Shown here piece by piece: positions 39,578-47,836 of a stretch of 64,000 nt of DNA. Source of the stretch: a virus. The stretch is from IMG/VR virus record IMGVR_UViG_3300026484_000333, positions 19,932 through 83,931 of that record; one strand, given 5' to 3'. Within the stretch, counting starts at the first letter, position 1. Each line of letters opens with the position of its first letter. The position numbers and the translations under genes were made by a program. A model generated the notes under the pieces. The model worked only from the letters and a program-made list of their open reading frames with translations, ran no database searches and was not told where the DNA came from.

Positions 39578-39832
39578 ATGAAAATAAAAATACAAAGTTT
39601 TTTAAGTGCGGTGGCGTTTGTTAGCTTTACGATTGCGAGTTTGTATATTAGCACGGTTTTAGGTTATATTGCATTTCTTTTTGGCGGATTTTTTGTAGAT
39701 GGTATGGAAGTTTTTATGAAAGCAAATTGGGCGTTGTTTAGCAAGGAGCTTGTTTTGGCAATTGCTTCATTAATTGTAGGTGGAATTGCTGTTTTTTTGG
39801 CTTTTTGGATGGAGGATTGGAATGAAAGCTAA
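39578..39832 (+). CDS. Small membrane protein (2 TM)
   Basis: Two hydrophobic segments; AAGGAG RBS. Confidence 0.7.
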   Translation: MKIKIQSFLSAVAFVSFTIASLYISTVLGYIAFLFGGFFVDGMEVFMKANWALFSKELVLAIASLIVGGIAVFLAFWMEDWNES

Positions 39833-40007
39833 TTTGTACCTTGAAAAATACAAATTTGATGAAATAAGTTCAATTATTTATGATGATAAAAACAAAATCA
39901 TTCAATTTTGGTATAATGGCAGGAAAGTTGTTGGAAAGCTCCAAACAATTTTACAGGATAAAAATGAAATAATAATCGAGAAAGGAAATTATGATGGTTT
40001 GGCTTAA
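39822..40007 (+). CDS. Hypothetical protein
   Basis: ORF track 39780-40007; likely start MKANLY after GGAGG. Confidence 0.55.
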   Translation: MKANLYLEKYKFDEISSIIYDDKNKIIQFWYNGRKVVGKLQTILQDKNEIIIEKGNYDGLA

Positions 40008-40236
40008 AATTGAAAATGTAGGTTTTTTAAAAGTTAGCGATATTAGTTATGTTGGCGAAGTTGATTTAGTTGAAATTGATGATTTGACTAACAAAAATTT
40101 ATATGGATTTGAATTGGTAGTCGGCGGTGAGCTTTTACCTTTGGTTTATGATAGCAGAGAAAAAGCAATTAAGGTAAATGATGCAATTAAAAAGCAACTT
40201 TTGATGAGTGCTAAAATTATAAAATTGGAGGTGTAA
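39991..40236 (+). CDS. Hypothetical protein
   Basis: ORF in operon. Confidence 0.7.
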   Translation: MMVWLKIENVGFLKVSDISYVGEVDLVEIDDLTNKNLYGFELVVGGELLPLVYDSREKAIKVNDAIKKQLLMSAKIIKLEV

Positions 40237-40237
40237 A

Positions 40238-40537
40238 ATGAACGAATGTAGAATTTATAGCTTTATGGATTTGTTTGTAGAAATGGTGGATAATGTTGAA
40301 AATGATGAAATTAAAAGCAAAGGAATCCAAAAAATTTTGCTTGAGGTTACGGGGCAGGTACTTGAAATTGAAGAAGAAATAAGCGAAGGTTGTAAGCAAT
40401 TGAAAATAAATGATAACTTGGTTTATGAAAAAGGAATGTATTTTATTCCTGTTAAAAATGTTGGTGTTGTAGTTGTAAATGAAGAAGATTTGAGTAAAAT
40501 TGCAGAGCTTTTAAATAAGGAGGAAAGCGATGGTTAA
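40238..40537 (+). CDS. Hypothetical acidic protein
   Basis: GGAGG RBS. Confidence 0.7.
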   Translation: MNECRIYSFMDLFVEMVDNVENDEIKSKGIQKILLEVTGQVLEIEEEISEGCKQLKINDNLVYEKGMYFIPVKNVGVVVVNEEDLSKIAELLNKEESDG

Positions 40538-40889
40538 GTTTATAAAGCGATACGTTTGCCAAGGCAAAGTTCAAAATGATTATGAAAACAAAGTTGATTT
40601 TTTTCAGGTGATTGTTGAAAAGGAAAACGGCGGTTTGGAATGGAATGATATTGTTGTTAAAGGTTTCTTGGTTTTTCTAAAGGGCGGTAGATATGACCGC
40701 TTGATTCGCGGGATGTATAAAATAAAAGAAGAAAAATGGAAAGAACTTGAAAGCAAGTTGTTTGACAAAGTTGAAGCCATTGATTGCGAGAAAGAAACCG
40801 AACTTGAAGTTTATGAACTTGCTTTGGCTGGTGTTAGTTTGCCAGAAGTGCAAAAATTTTTAGAAGAAAATGCGGAGAAGGTCAAATGA
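40530..40889 (+). CDS. Hypothetical protein
   Basis: GGAGG RBS; overlaps the upstream gene. Confidence 0.7.
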   Translation: MVKFIKRYVCQGKVQNDYENKVDFFQVIVEKENGGLEWNDIVVKGFLVFLKGGRYDRLIRGMYKIKEEKWKELESKLFDKVEAIDCEKETELEVYELALAGVSLPEVQKFLEENAEKVK

Positions 40890-41203
40890 AACTTTTGCTC
40901 CGCTTGTTGATAGCTGGTTTGATGGTTTCGCAGTTGTTTGGCTGGGAATTGCTGTGCTTGGTCGGAAAGGAAAATGACAAATGGTTGAATGTTGAAAAGC
41001 AGGTAAGTTTACGTTGTAGTAGTGGGAAATTGAAAGCAAGTGCGGTTGGGGTTAGGAAAGTTGGCGATATGTTTGTTTATAAAATGCCAAATGGCGAGGC
41101 GTTGTATTGCGAAGAAGATTGGGTGTGGAGTTTTAGAAAGCTTGTTGTAGTAGGCGGGAAAAATTTTAAAAGCAGAAGTTGTAAGGTTTACTATAAAAGG
41201 TAA
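40886..41203 (+). CDS. Secreted Cys-containing protein
   Basis: N-terminal signal peptide (MKLLLRLLIAGLMVSQLFG); 4 Cys. Confidence 0.65.
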   Translation: MKLLLRLLIAGLMVSQLFGWELLCLVGKENDKWLNVEKQVSLRCSSGKLKASAVGVRKVGDMFVYKMPNGEALYCEEDWVWSFRKLVVVGGKNFKSRSCKVYYKR

Positions 41204-41372
41204 GGCAGTTGGTTGCCTGTTGGTTTGGTTTTTGCAGGTTTAGGGTCAGGTACTTTTTAGTAAATAGCTAAAATCTTGTTAGTTATATGCCAAGCTATTT
41301 GTGAGTAATTGTTAGGTGTTTTAGAGTCAGCAACTTTTTGAGTGCTTTTCGCTCAACCAACCTCCCCCGTTG

Positions 41373-41478
41373 TTATTCACAACTACCTGTGAATAACTTG
41401 TTTTGGTGTCAAACACTTATTTTTTACTTAACATAATGCATATTCTCGGGAAAATTTAAATGGGAAAAATGTGAATAA
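41373..41478. promoter_or_regulatory. Cluster of DnaA-box-like 9-mers (TTATTCACA)
   Basis: TTATTCACA at 41373-41381; TGTGAATAA at 41388-41396 and 41470-41478; non-coding region. Confidence 0.65.
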
Positions 41479-41693
41479 CTCGGCGAATAGTTGTTCAGTT
41501 TTAAGTGAATATTAAGGATTCTTTACAAAACAGTGAAAATTTAGTGCCAGACACCATAAAGGATTTTTAACGCTAGGTAGTTTATAGAATAAGCGTCTGA
41601 CACTATTTTATCGGGATTTGGAGGAAGTTATTTATCTGGCTATAAAAAAAGGGCGAAAAATGGTGCGTTTTATGGGTCACATTGTAGACTTAA

Positions 41694-41815
41694 AATTTTT
41701 TAGTAATTATTTTATAATCACTTGGCAATTTTTTAGTAATTATTTTATAATCACTTGGCAATTTTTTAGTAATTATTTTGTAATTACTTGGCAATCATTT
41801 TTATAATCATTTGGC
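41694..41815. repeat. AT-rich 33-bp tandem repeat (3 copies plus a degenerate partial)
   Basis: AATTTTTTAGTAATTATTTTATAATCACTTGGC at 41694, 41727 and 41760 (two mismatches in the third). Confidence 0.95.
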
Positions 41816-41908
41816 GGTTATCTGTTATTCATTTTATAATTATCTACCTGTTATTTATTTATAAAATAGTGCCAGACACTTATTTTTATTTAATAGCAAA
41901 AAGGATAA

Positions 41909-42247
41909 TTATCCTTTTTGCTCCTCGAAAATCTTACTCCATAATTCTTCTTCTGTTTCCACTGTTTCTATATTTCCTTTCTTTATTTCTTGCTCTATTG
42001 CTTTTCTTCTTCCATCTTTAAAAAAACAAAAATCTTCCAAAAAAATTCTCAAATACTTGGACGTTGTAATGGAAAAATTATAAGCATCTTTTAAGAGATA
42101 AATTTTTCTTTTCTTTGTTATAACTCCATTTTTTTCTTCTTTAATATAAGTCTTCCCTGCAATAAGTGTATTATAACTCTGAAAAATAACTCCAAAATCA
42201 TTACCAATTAAAAACTGATTTTTTTGAATCTGTCTTACTTTTAGCAT
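41909..42247 (-). CDS. Early hypothetical protein
   Basis: GGAGGTACATA-ATG gives MLKVRQIQKNQF...FQSYNTLIA...SITTSKYLRIFL; start revised from the track's 42298. Confidence 0.8.
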   Translation of the reverse strand: MLKVRQIQKNQFLIGNDFGVIFQSYNTLIAGKTYIKEEKNGVITKKRKIYLLKDAYNFSITTSKYLRIFLEDFCFFKDGRRKAIEQEIKKGNIETVETEEELWSKIFEEQKG

Positions 42248-42260
42248 TATGTACCTCCTC

Positions 42261-42818
42261 TTAATGTTTTTTAATCCACAAACTGAATCCAGTTTCAAAG
42301 GGATGAATATAATTAATTTTAAATAAAAAATCGTCTTTTATATTTTTAGTAATTTCCCCAGGGATATCTTGTTTATCATAATAACCGTTGGCATAATCTC
42401 CTATTTTTTCCCATCCGACGTTATTTAGCCATTCCTCTGGTACCCACTCAGGTACCGCTATATTTACCTGATTTACAAATAAATCTAAAAAATCGGAGAT
42501 TAATTCCTTATTTTTATTTAATTTTTCAAAATAATAAAAATCTCCCTTATTATTAATAAAAATTTCATCAATATGTTTAATTATGGGTAATTCCTCACCA
42601 CTTTCACACTTAACAGAAAAATCGAAGTCGATTATATGATTATCACTATAAGCATAATTATAAACTTCATTTTTTTCTAAAATTTCACTTAATTCGTAAT
42701 TTTCTTCATAATTAATCAGAAAAAACACTTCACCATCTAAACAACCTATATCAATGTCGCCATTTTCAAGTGCTTTTTTTATTTTTTCATTTTTTAAAAT
42801 TTTTTCAAGTTCTTTCAT
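42261..42818 (-). CDS. Early acidic hypothetical protein
   Basis: GGAGGTACACA-ATG. Confidence 0.8.
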   Translation of the reverse strand: MKELEKILKNEKIKKALENGDIDIGCLDGEVFFLINYEENYELSEILEKNEVYNYAYSDNHIIDFDFSVKCESGEELPIIKHIDEIFINNKGDFYYFEKLNKNKELISDFLDLFVNQVNIAVPEWVPEEWLNNVGWEKIGDYANGYYDKQDIPGEITKNIKDDFLFKINYIHPFETGFSLWIKKH

Positions 42819-42829
42819 TGTGTACCTCC

Positions 42830-43246
42830 TTAATTTATTCTATAAATATAATGAGTTTTGCCATTAATAGTAATTTCTCTCTCATCACCATCGTACGAAG
42901 CAATAACGTTTCCTGCCCCGTCGTTTCTCAAAACATCATCTACCCACTGCTCCACATCTACATAACAACGTAAATTTTCAGGTATGTTCGGCTCATAGCA
43001 TTCTTCATAAATATTGTATAATTCATTTTTTGCATATTCTTCTACATCATCGTAATCATCAAAAATTAAAAATTCATAACAATCACAATCAGCAAAAATG
43101 TAATTATCTTCTTTTTTGAATTCACAATCCTTTATATCCTGAGGAAATACCTCAAGTGTTTCCGATAAAACTTTTAAATCGTGTTTATTTTTAATATTAA
43201 AATAATTTAACACTTCTTTAAAAGTTAATTCACTGTCGTATAGCAT
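42830..43246 (-). CDS. Early acidic protein, C-terminus reminiscent of ArdA-like antirestriction proteins
   Basis: Very acidic; IPENLRCYVDVEQW..D motif; GGAGGTACAAA-ATG. Confidence 0.5.
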   Translation of the reverse strand: MLYDSELTFKEVLNYFNIKNKHDLKVLSETLEVFPQDIKDCEFKKEDNYIFADCDCYEFLIFDDYDDVEEYAKNELYNIYEECYEPNIPENLRCYVDVEQWVDDVLRNDGAGNVIASYDGDEREITINGKTHYIYRIN

Positions 43247-43260
43247 TTTGTACCTCCTTT

Positions 43261-43601
43261 TTAAATTTCATAAAAAATACAAATTTTTTGTTTGTTAAAT
43301 CTGTTAATTTTTTCTTTAAATCTTTTTAAAAAAGTTACCATATCTTCAAAAATTTCAAAATCTAAATTATAAAATTTTGTATTATATTTATACTTTAAAT
43401 AAGTTTCTATATCGTCCCTTAATCCAGTTAAAAAGACATTATTAAGGGTATATTCAACGTTGTTTATAATAATACCCTCTTTATTCGTTTTGAAATTGTT
43501 TTCTTCTTCATAAACGGAAAAAAACTCTTTTTCCGTTATTTCTTTTTCGTTTAATTTTACTTCAATTACTTTTTTTCAAAAACTTTTGTTTCTATTAACA
43601 T
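43261..43601 (-). CDS. ~113-aa gene interrupted at an A_AAA_AAG slippery site (needs a -1 frameshift)
   Basis: GGAGGTGCAAA-ATG TTA ATA GAA ACA AAA GTT TTT GAA AAA AAG TAA; the -1 frame is open from ~43569 to TAA at 43261. Confidence 0.65.
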
Positions 43602-43613
43602 TTTGCACCTCCT

Positions 43614-44519
43614 TTAATCTTCTAAATCTTCTATAATAGCATCAAAAAAAACATCTTCATCAAATTCTAATAAAATTTTGATGAAATTGTCAAATTTATC
43701 ATAATTTACAATTAAATGATAAATAAATTCGTCTTCAGCCCAATTGAATAAATTTTCAAATAGTTCTTTTTTTGTTTGTTTTTTATTGCAATTTTCACAA
43801 TCTTTATAATAATCTTCATAAATTTCAATTAATTCCTCTTTTTTTATTTTTTTAAGAAGTACATCAATCAATTTGTCTTCCCTGTATTTAATCATATCTG
43901 TTATAATCCAGCTTAAAGTCTCATAATCTAAATTGTCGTAATATTTAATTTCCTTTAAATATTCCCTTATGTCGTCTATCAATTCATAATAATTCCTACC
44001 ATCGTGGTGAATTATTATTACCTCAATTTTTTTGTATTTTTCACAATCAAAAACTTCCACCTCAATATCGCCATCAGCCGCTTTATCTAAAAAATCTTCA
44101 AAAGTGCCAATATATTGCATATCATAACTGAATCTTCCCCGCCAAGTCCCGGCACTACCTTCCACAAGCCATAAATTCCCATTATTAATTTCTTCTTTTA
44201 GTTCATCTAAAAAGCATTTCCAATCTTCCCTTGCAAAGTCTCCAGCCGTCCCCCAATCCCAATTCTCATAATCTTCTATAATTTCCTCTTTTTTGTTTTT
44301 TAATTCTTCCAATTTTTCTTTTAACTCTTTTATCTCTCTTTTAATCTTATTGTATGTAATGCTCCCTGTTATTATGTCTTTTAACATTTCATTTTTTTCT
44401 TTTATTTCATCCTTAAGTGTTTCAACCCCTTCATTAAAATTTTGTTCAGCTAAATATTTAGCATTATTTTCTACTACTTCAACCCAGTTAAATTCCATAA
44501 CTTTTTTACATTCTTTCAT
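43614..44519 (-). CDS. Early acidic hypothetical protein
   Basis: GGAGGTACAAAA-ATG; GTWRG and HHDGRNYY motifs. Confidence 0.8.
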   Translation of the reverse strand: MKECKKVMEFNWVEVVENNAKYLAEQNFNEGVETLKDEIKEKNEMLKDIITGSITYNKIKREIKELKEKLEELKNKKEEIIEDYENWDWGTAGDFAREDWKCFLDELKEEINNGNLWLVEGSAGTWRGRFSYDMQYIGTFEDFLDKAADGDIEVEVFDCEKYKKIEVIIIHHDGRNYYELIDDIREYLKEIKYYDNLDYETLSWIITDMIKYREDKLIDVLLKKIKKEELIEIYEDYYKDCENCNKKQTKKELFENLFNWAEDEFIYHLIVNYDKFDNFIKILLEFDEDVFFDAIIEDLED

Positions 44520-44538
44520 TTTTGTACCTCCTTTTTAA

Positions 44539-44823
44539 TTATAAAGATAGGTAGAAGTATTTTAATTCTCCCTCGTCTATTCTGTAACTTACTTTTGCTT
44601 TTTTTAAGAGTTCTTTATTAAGACCTCTTAAAGCACTTTCTAACTTTATATAAGTCTCATAATTACTTGTTCCCCCCTCATTAAATACTCCATATAAGTA
44701 TTCGTTTAATCCCTCTTTTGCATTTTCTCCCCAAAACCAACCACACAAACCGACGGGTATTTTACCCCAATCGGGGAAAATTTTTTTGAATTTTTTTAGC
44801 CTTACTGTTTTTTCCAATTTCAT
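44539..44823 (-). CDS. Early hypothetical protein
   Basis: GGAGGCATAA-ATG. Confidence 0.75.
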   Translation of the reverse strand: MKLEKTVRLKKFKKIFPDWGKIPVGLCGWFWGENAKEGLNEYLYGVFNEGGTSNYETYIKLESALRGLNKELLKKAKVSYRIDEGELKYFYLSL

Positions 44824-44842
44824 TTATGCCTCCTTTTTAAAA

Positions 44843-45184
44843 TTATTCAATTTCTAAAATAATTTTTTCTTCTCTTTTTAATTCTTTCATTTTTTCCCTA
44901 ACCTCTTCAATTAAATCAAAAAGATTTTCCTTAAAACTTTCAAAAGGACGATTTATAATATCGTCTGTTTCATTATTGTTATAATATGTTGTGTAATTGC
45001 TTAAAAACAATTTAACACTTTCTTTATTAAGAGAAATATAATAATCTTCATCACCATCATTTATTATTTTAAAACCTTTTTCCTCCACATATTTATCTAT
45101 AATATGTGTAAAGAATTTCATCTCTTCATTGTTGTTCATTACCCTTTCTACTCTACCCGCTCTTAATGTTACTTCTAGTTTCAT
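44843..45184 (-). CDS. First gene of the early operon, hypothetical
   Basis: GGAGGTACAA-ATG directly behind a sigma70 promoter. Confidence 0.8.
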   Translation of the reverse strand: MKLEVTLRAGRVERVMNNNEEMKFFTHIIDKYVEEKGFKIINDGDEDYYISLNKESVKLFLSNYTTYYNNNETDDIINRPFESFKENLFDLIEEVREKMKELKREEKIILEIE

Positions 45185-45221
45185 TTGTACCTCCTTGTTT
45201 TTTATTGTTTTCTTAACACGT

Positions 45222-45250
45222 ATTATAAAGGATTTTTAACAAAATGTCAA
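45222..45250 (-). promoter_or_regulatory. Consensus sigma70 promoter of the early operon
   Basis: TTGACA-N17-TATAAT on the minus strand. Confidence 0.9.
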
Positions 45251-45519
45251 GGATTTTTTATAAAAATTTTCAAAAATTTTTTAATTTTTATTCTTGTATA
45301 TACATTATATATAATAAAAAATTTTTTTTATTGTTTTAATTTTTTAGCTCAATATTATAAGAAATAAGTGTCCAGCACTAAAAATTTTCTTATATTTTAC
45401 TTTATAAAAAATTTAAAAATTTTTCAAAATTTTCCTATATTATACTATTACCGCTTTTTCAGCAAATTTGGCAAGTTTAATTTCTATTACTATTACCACT
45501 TTTTTAGTAGCTTTCAGAA

Positions 45520-45617
45520 AGTTTAAAAGGGAGGCACAAAGGCAAAAGCCTGAAATCTCGGAGGCACAAATGAAATTCTATAAGTAAGGAGGCACAATTT
45601 CCTTTTTGGCTTTTGCC
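45520..45617 (-). ncRNA. Putative sRNA with three anti-Shine-Dalgarno motifs (UUGUGCCUCC)
   Basis: Own consensus promoter at 45624-45652 with no RBS-led ORF behind it; 10-bp closing stem GGCAAAAGCC/GGCUUUUGCC; motifs at 45530-45539, 45560-45569 and 45588-45597. Confidence 0.75.
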
Positions 45618-45623
45618 ATTCAA

Positions 45624-45652
45624 ATTATAAAAAATTTTTAACTATTTGTCAA
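45624..45652 (-). promoter_or_regulatory. Consensus sigma70 promoter of the putative sRNA
   Basis: TTGACA (45652-45647)-N17-TATAAT (45629-45624). Confidence 0.88.
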
Positions 45653-45693
45653 GAGATTTTTTACATTTTTGTAAAAAATTTTTATAAAAAACA

Positions 45694-45996
45694 TTATTTT
45701 GGCTGTTTTTCTTTTTTCTTATTAAAACGTTCTACAATATGACCCATTCTACGCTTAATTATAACACTGATGACTGCTCCTAATGTTCCACCCAAAATAA
45801 ACATACAAATAACAAAATAATCTTTGGCAATTATTCCTTCACTAATTCCCAAACCCATACTTGTAATCCAAAGCACTTGAATTATAAAAGCAAATATACC
45901 TGTTTTAAAAACCGACTTTTCAACCACAACATATACACTGTATGTTCTCATAATTTGAAACAAAAAATTAAAAAAGAAAACTAAAAAGGCAGTCAT
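45694..45996 (-). CDS. Small multi-TM membrane protein (DUF2179/DUF5698-like)
   Basis: Three TM segments; LGGTLG motif. Confidence 0.6.
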   Translation of the reverse strand: MTAFLVFFFNFLFQIMRTYSVYVVVEKSVFKTGIFAFIIQVLWITSMGLGISEGIIAKDYFVICMFILGGTLGAVISVIIKRRMGHIVERFNKKKEKQPK

Positions 45997-47357
45997 TTTT
46001 CTATCTTTGTAATTACAAGTTCTTTTAAATAATCTGCCCTGTCTTTGTCAATTCTAAACTCTTTAAATCTCGGAAAATCCATAACTAATTGTTTTTCTTT
46101 ATTTGTATTTGTTATATAATATAAATCAGTATAATAAATTTCTACAAGTTTTCCTATTAGTTTGTCTCCATCAAGCTCTCTAATTTCATCAGTTAATCCA
46201 CTTCCTACTTTAATTTTAAATTTTTCATCTTCTGTTTGACAAATAAATCCGCCTATTTTGCCTTTATATTTTCCTTCGCCTTCAAACCAATTTACAATTT
46301 TTAAAGTGCAACTCTCAAGCCCTTTGTATTTAATCCATTTTTTACTTCTTTTTTTCTCATAAATTCCATTCAAATCTTTAAGCATAATTCCCTCACCATT
46401 TTTATCTTTGACTTCATCAAAAAAGTTTTTAACCTGTATTAAATTGTCACAGACAAATTGCTCAACCAATCTGATAAAATTTCTGTTGTTTAAAATTTTA
46501 ACCCCCCTTAAATTTTGACCCCCCTTATTTTCAAAATCTAAACCCCCCAAGATTTTTAAGAGCCTAACCCTCCTGTCTTTTAAAGTTGGACAATAGGATT
46601 TGAGGTTGTTCCACTCTCTAATTGTAAGATAATCAAAACAATAAAAATTAAGTTCTTGTTTTTCTTGCTCTGTTGCAGTTTCTTTTATAACTTTATTAAC
46701 AAGCCCAGATGTTTCCTGCCTTGTGTTTGCAAGTAGCTCTCCATCATAATAGCCGTCAGGTTTATTTTTTAATTCATCAAAAATATGCGGTAGATTTAAA
46801 ACACTGCCATTGTAAGTAACTGCATTTATTTCATTTTCATTTTTATAAATAAGACATCTTACACCGTCTAATTTTTCTTCTACTGCAACAGGAAATTTAA
46901 TCTCATTAATGTCGATTTTATTTATATCATAAGCCTTCATAATTGTTGTATCAGGTATAAACTCATAACCGAGTGCTTCATTTATTAGTTTGACTTTAAC
47001 TCCGATTTTTAACTTTTTAGTTAAAACGTCTTGATAATATTTACCTTCTAACCCACATTTAGATAAAAAACTAATTACCTTTTGTTCAGCCTCATTGTTT
47101 CTTGCTTTAAGATTTGCAAGATAACCAACAAGCTCGATAAATTTATTGGGTGGGATTATTAGCCCCCCATAATTAAATTGCATTTCCGGTAATTTTTTAA
47201 TATGTGTATTTAAGAAAGGATTTATAAGAATTTTTAACAAATCAAGAAAATATGGAACATCTTTATACTCCTGAATTATTTTTATTTTTTCTTTTTTAGA
47301 AGTTGTTAAAATTAATTTATCAAAACCTGAAATCCATTTAAAATTATCTTTTTTCAT
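45993..47357 (-). CDS. ATP-dependent DNA ligase
   Basis: EEKLDGVR, YDGEL, FYCFD, EGIMLK, WIKYK, VGSG and FPRF motifs. Confidence 0.96.
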   Translation of the reverse strand: MKKDNFKWISGFDKLILTTSKKEKIKIIQEYKDVPYFLDLLKILINPFLNTHIKKLPEMQFNYGGLIIPPNKFIELVGYLANLKARNNEAEQKVISFLSKCGLEGKYYQDVLTKKLKIGVKVKLINEALGYEFIPDTTIMKAYDINKIDINEIKFPVAVEEKLDGVRCLIYKNENEINAVTYNGSVLNLPHIFDELKNKPDGYYDGELLANTRQETSGLVNKVIKETATEQEKQELNFYCFDYLTIREWNNLKSYCPTLKDRRVRLLKILGGLDFENKGGQNLRGVKILNNRNFIRLVEQFVCDNLIQVKNFFDEVKDKNGEGIMLKDLNGIYEKKRSKKWIKYKGLESCTLKIVNWFEGEGKYKGKIGGFICQTEDEKFKIKVGSGLTDEIRELDGDKLIGKLVEIYYTDLYYITNTNKEKQLVMDFPRFKEFRIDKDRADYLKELVITKIEK

Positions 47358-47579
47358 CTAATTCTCCTTTTCATTGTCTTTGTAAGTTGTTTCTTTCCAA
47401 CGCCACAAGCTTGTAATTAAATCGTATTCCCCAAAATCCTTATCTACAACAATTAAATTCTGGGTAATTATTTCTATCTGATAACCTTGACTAACCCATT
47501 GTCTGATTTTCTTTTGGGTATTAACCACCGTCTCAACCATACAAATAAATTCTTTTTTCATTTTTAATTCTCCTTGCAA
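47358..47579 (-). CDS. Hypothetical protein
   Basis: ORF in operon. Confidence 0.6.
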   Translation of the reverse strand: MQGELKMKKEFICMVETVVNTQKKIRQWVSQGYQIEIITQNLIVVDKDFGEYDLITSLWRWKETTYKDNEKEN

Positions 47580-47836
47580 TAATCTTTTAAAAAGTCCAAA
47601 AGTTCATATAACCCTATTTCATTAACAAACTCTTCCCAGCTTAACTCAAACTCTCCCAATTCCCTGCAATCTTCATCATAATGCCCCCTGAATTCAATAG
47701 GACGACATTCTCCATAACTTACTACTATATAACCTCCTTTTGAAGAAATAAATTCCTCAAAAGTTTCCTCAAAATAATCATCAAAAATTTTATTATAAGC
47801 CTCATCATAGTCTTTAGCATTAATCCACATTTTCAC
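47564..47836 (-). CDS. Hypothetical acidic protein
   Basis: ORF in operon. Confidence 0.65.
   Translation of the reverse strand: MKMWINAKDYDEAYNKIFDDYFEETFEEFISSKGGYIVVSYGECRPIEFRGHYDEDCRELGEFELSWEEFVNEIGLYELLDFLKDYCKEN

Noticed and set aside
41694-41815. 33-bp repeats as a CRISPR array, and ORFs 41618-41806 / 41788-42021
   Set aside because: The repeats are contiguous with no spacers and there are no cas genes; the ORF is only the in-frame repeat (FFSNYFIITWQ) without an RBS.
45560-45587. Plus-strand mini-ORF MKFYK with GGAGG RBS
   Set aside because: No plus-strand promoter found; the consensus promoter is on the minus strand, and the other two GGAGGCACAA copies lack a properly spaced start codon. 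It is better explained as the complement of an anti-RBS sequence.
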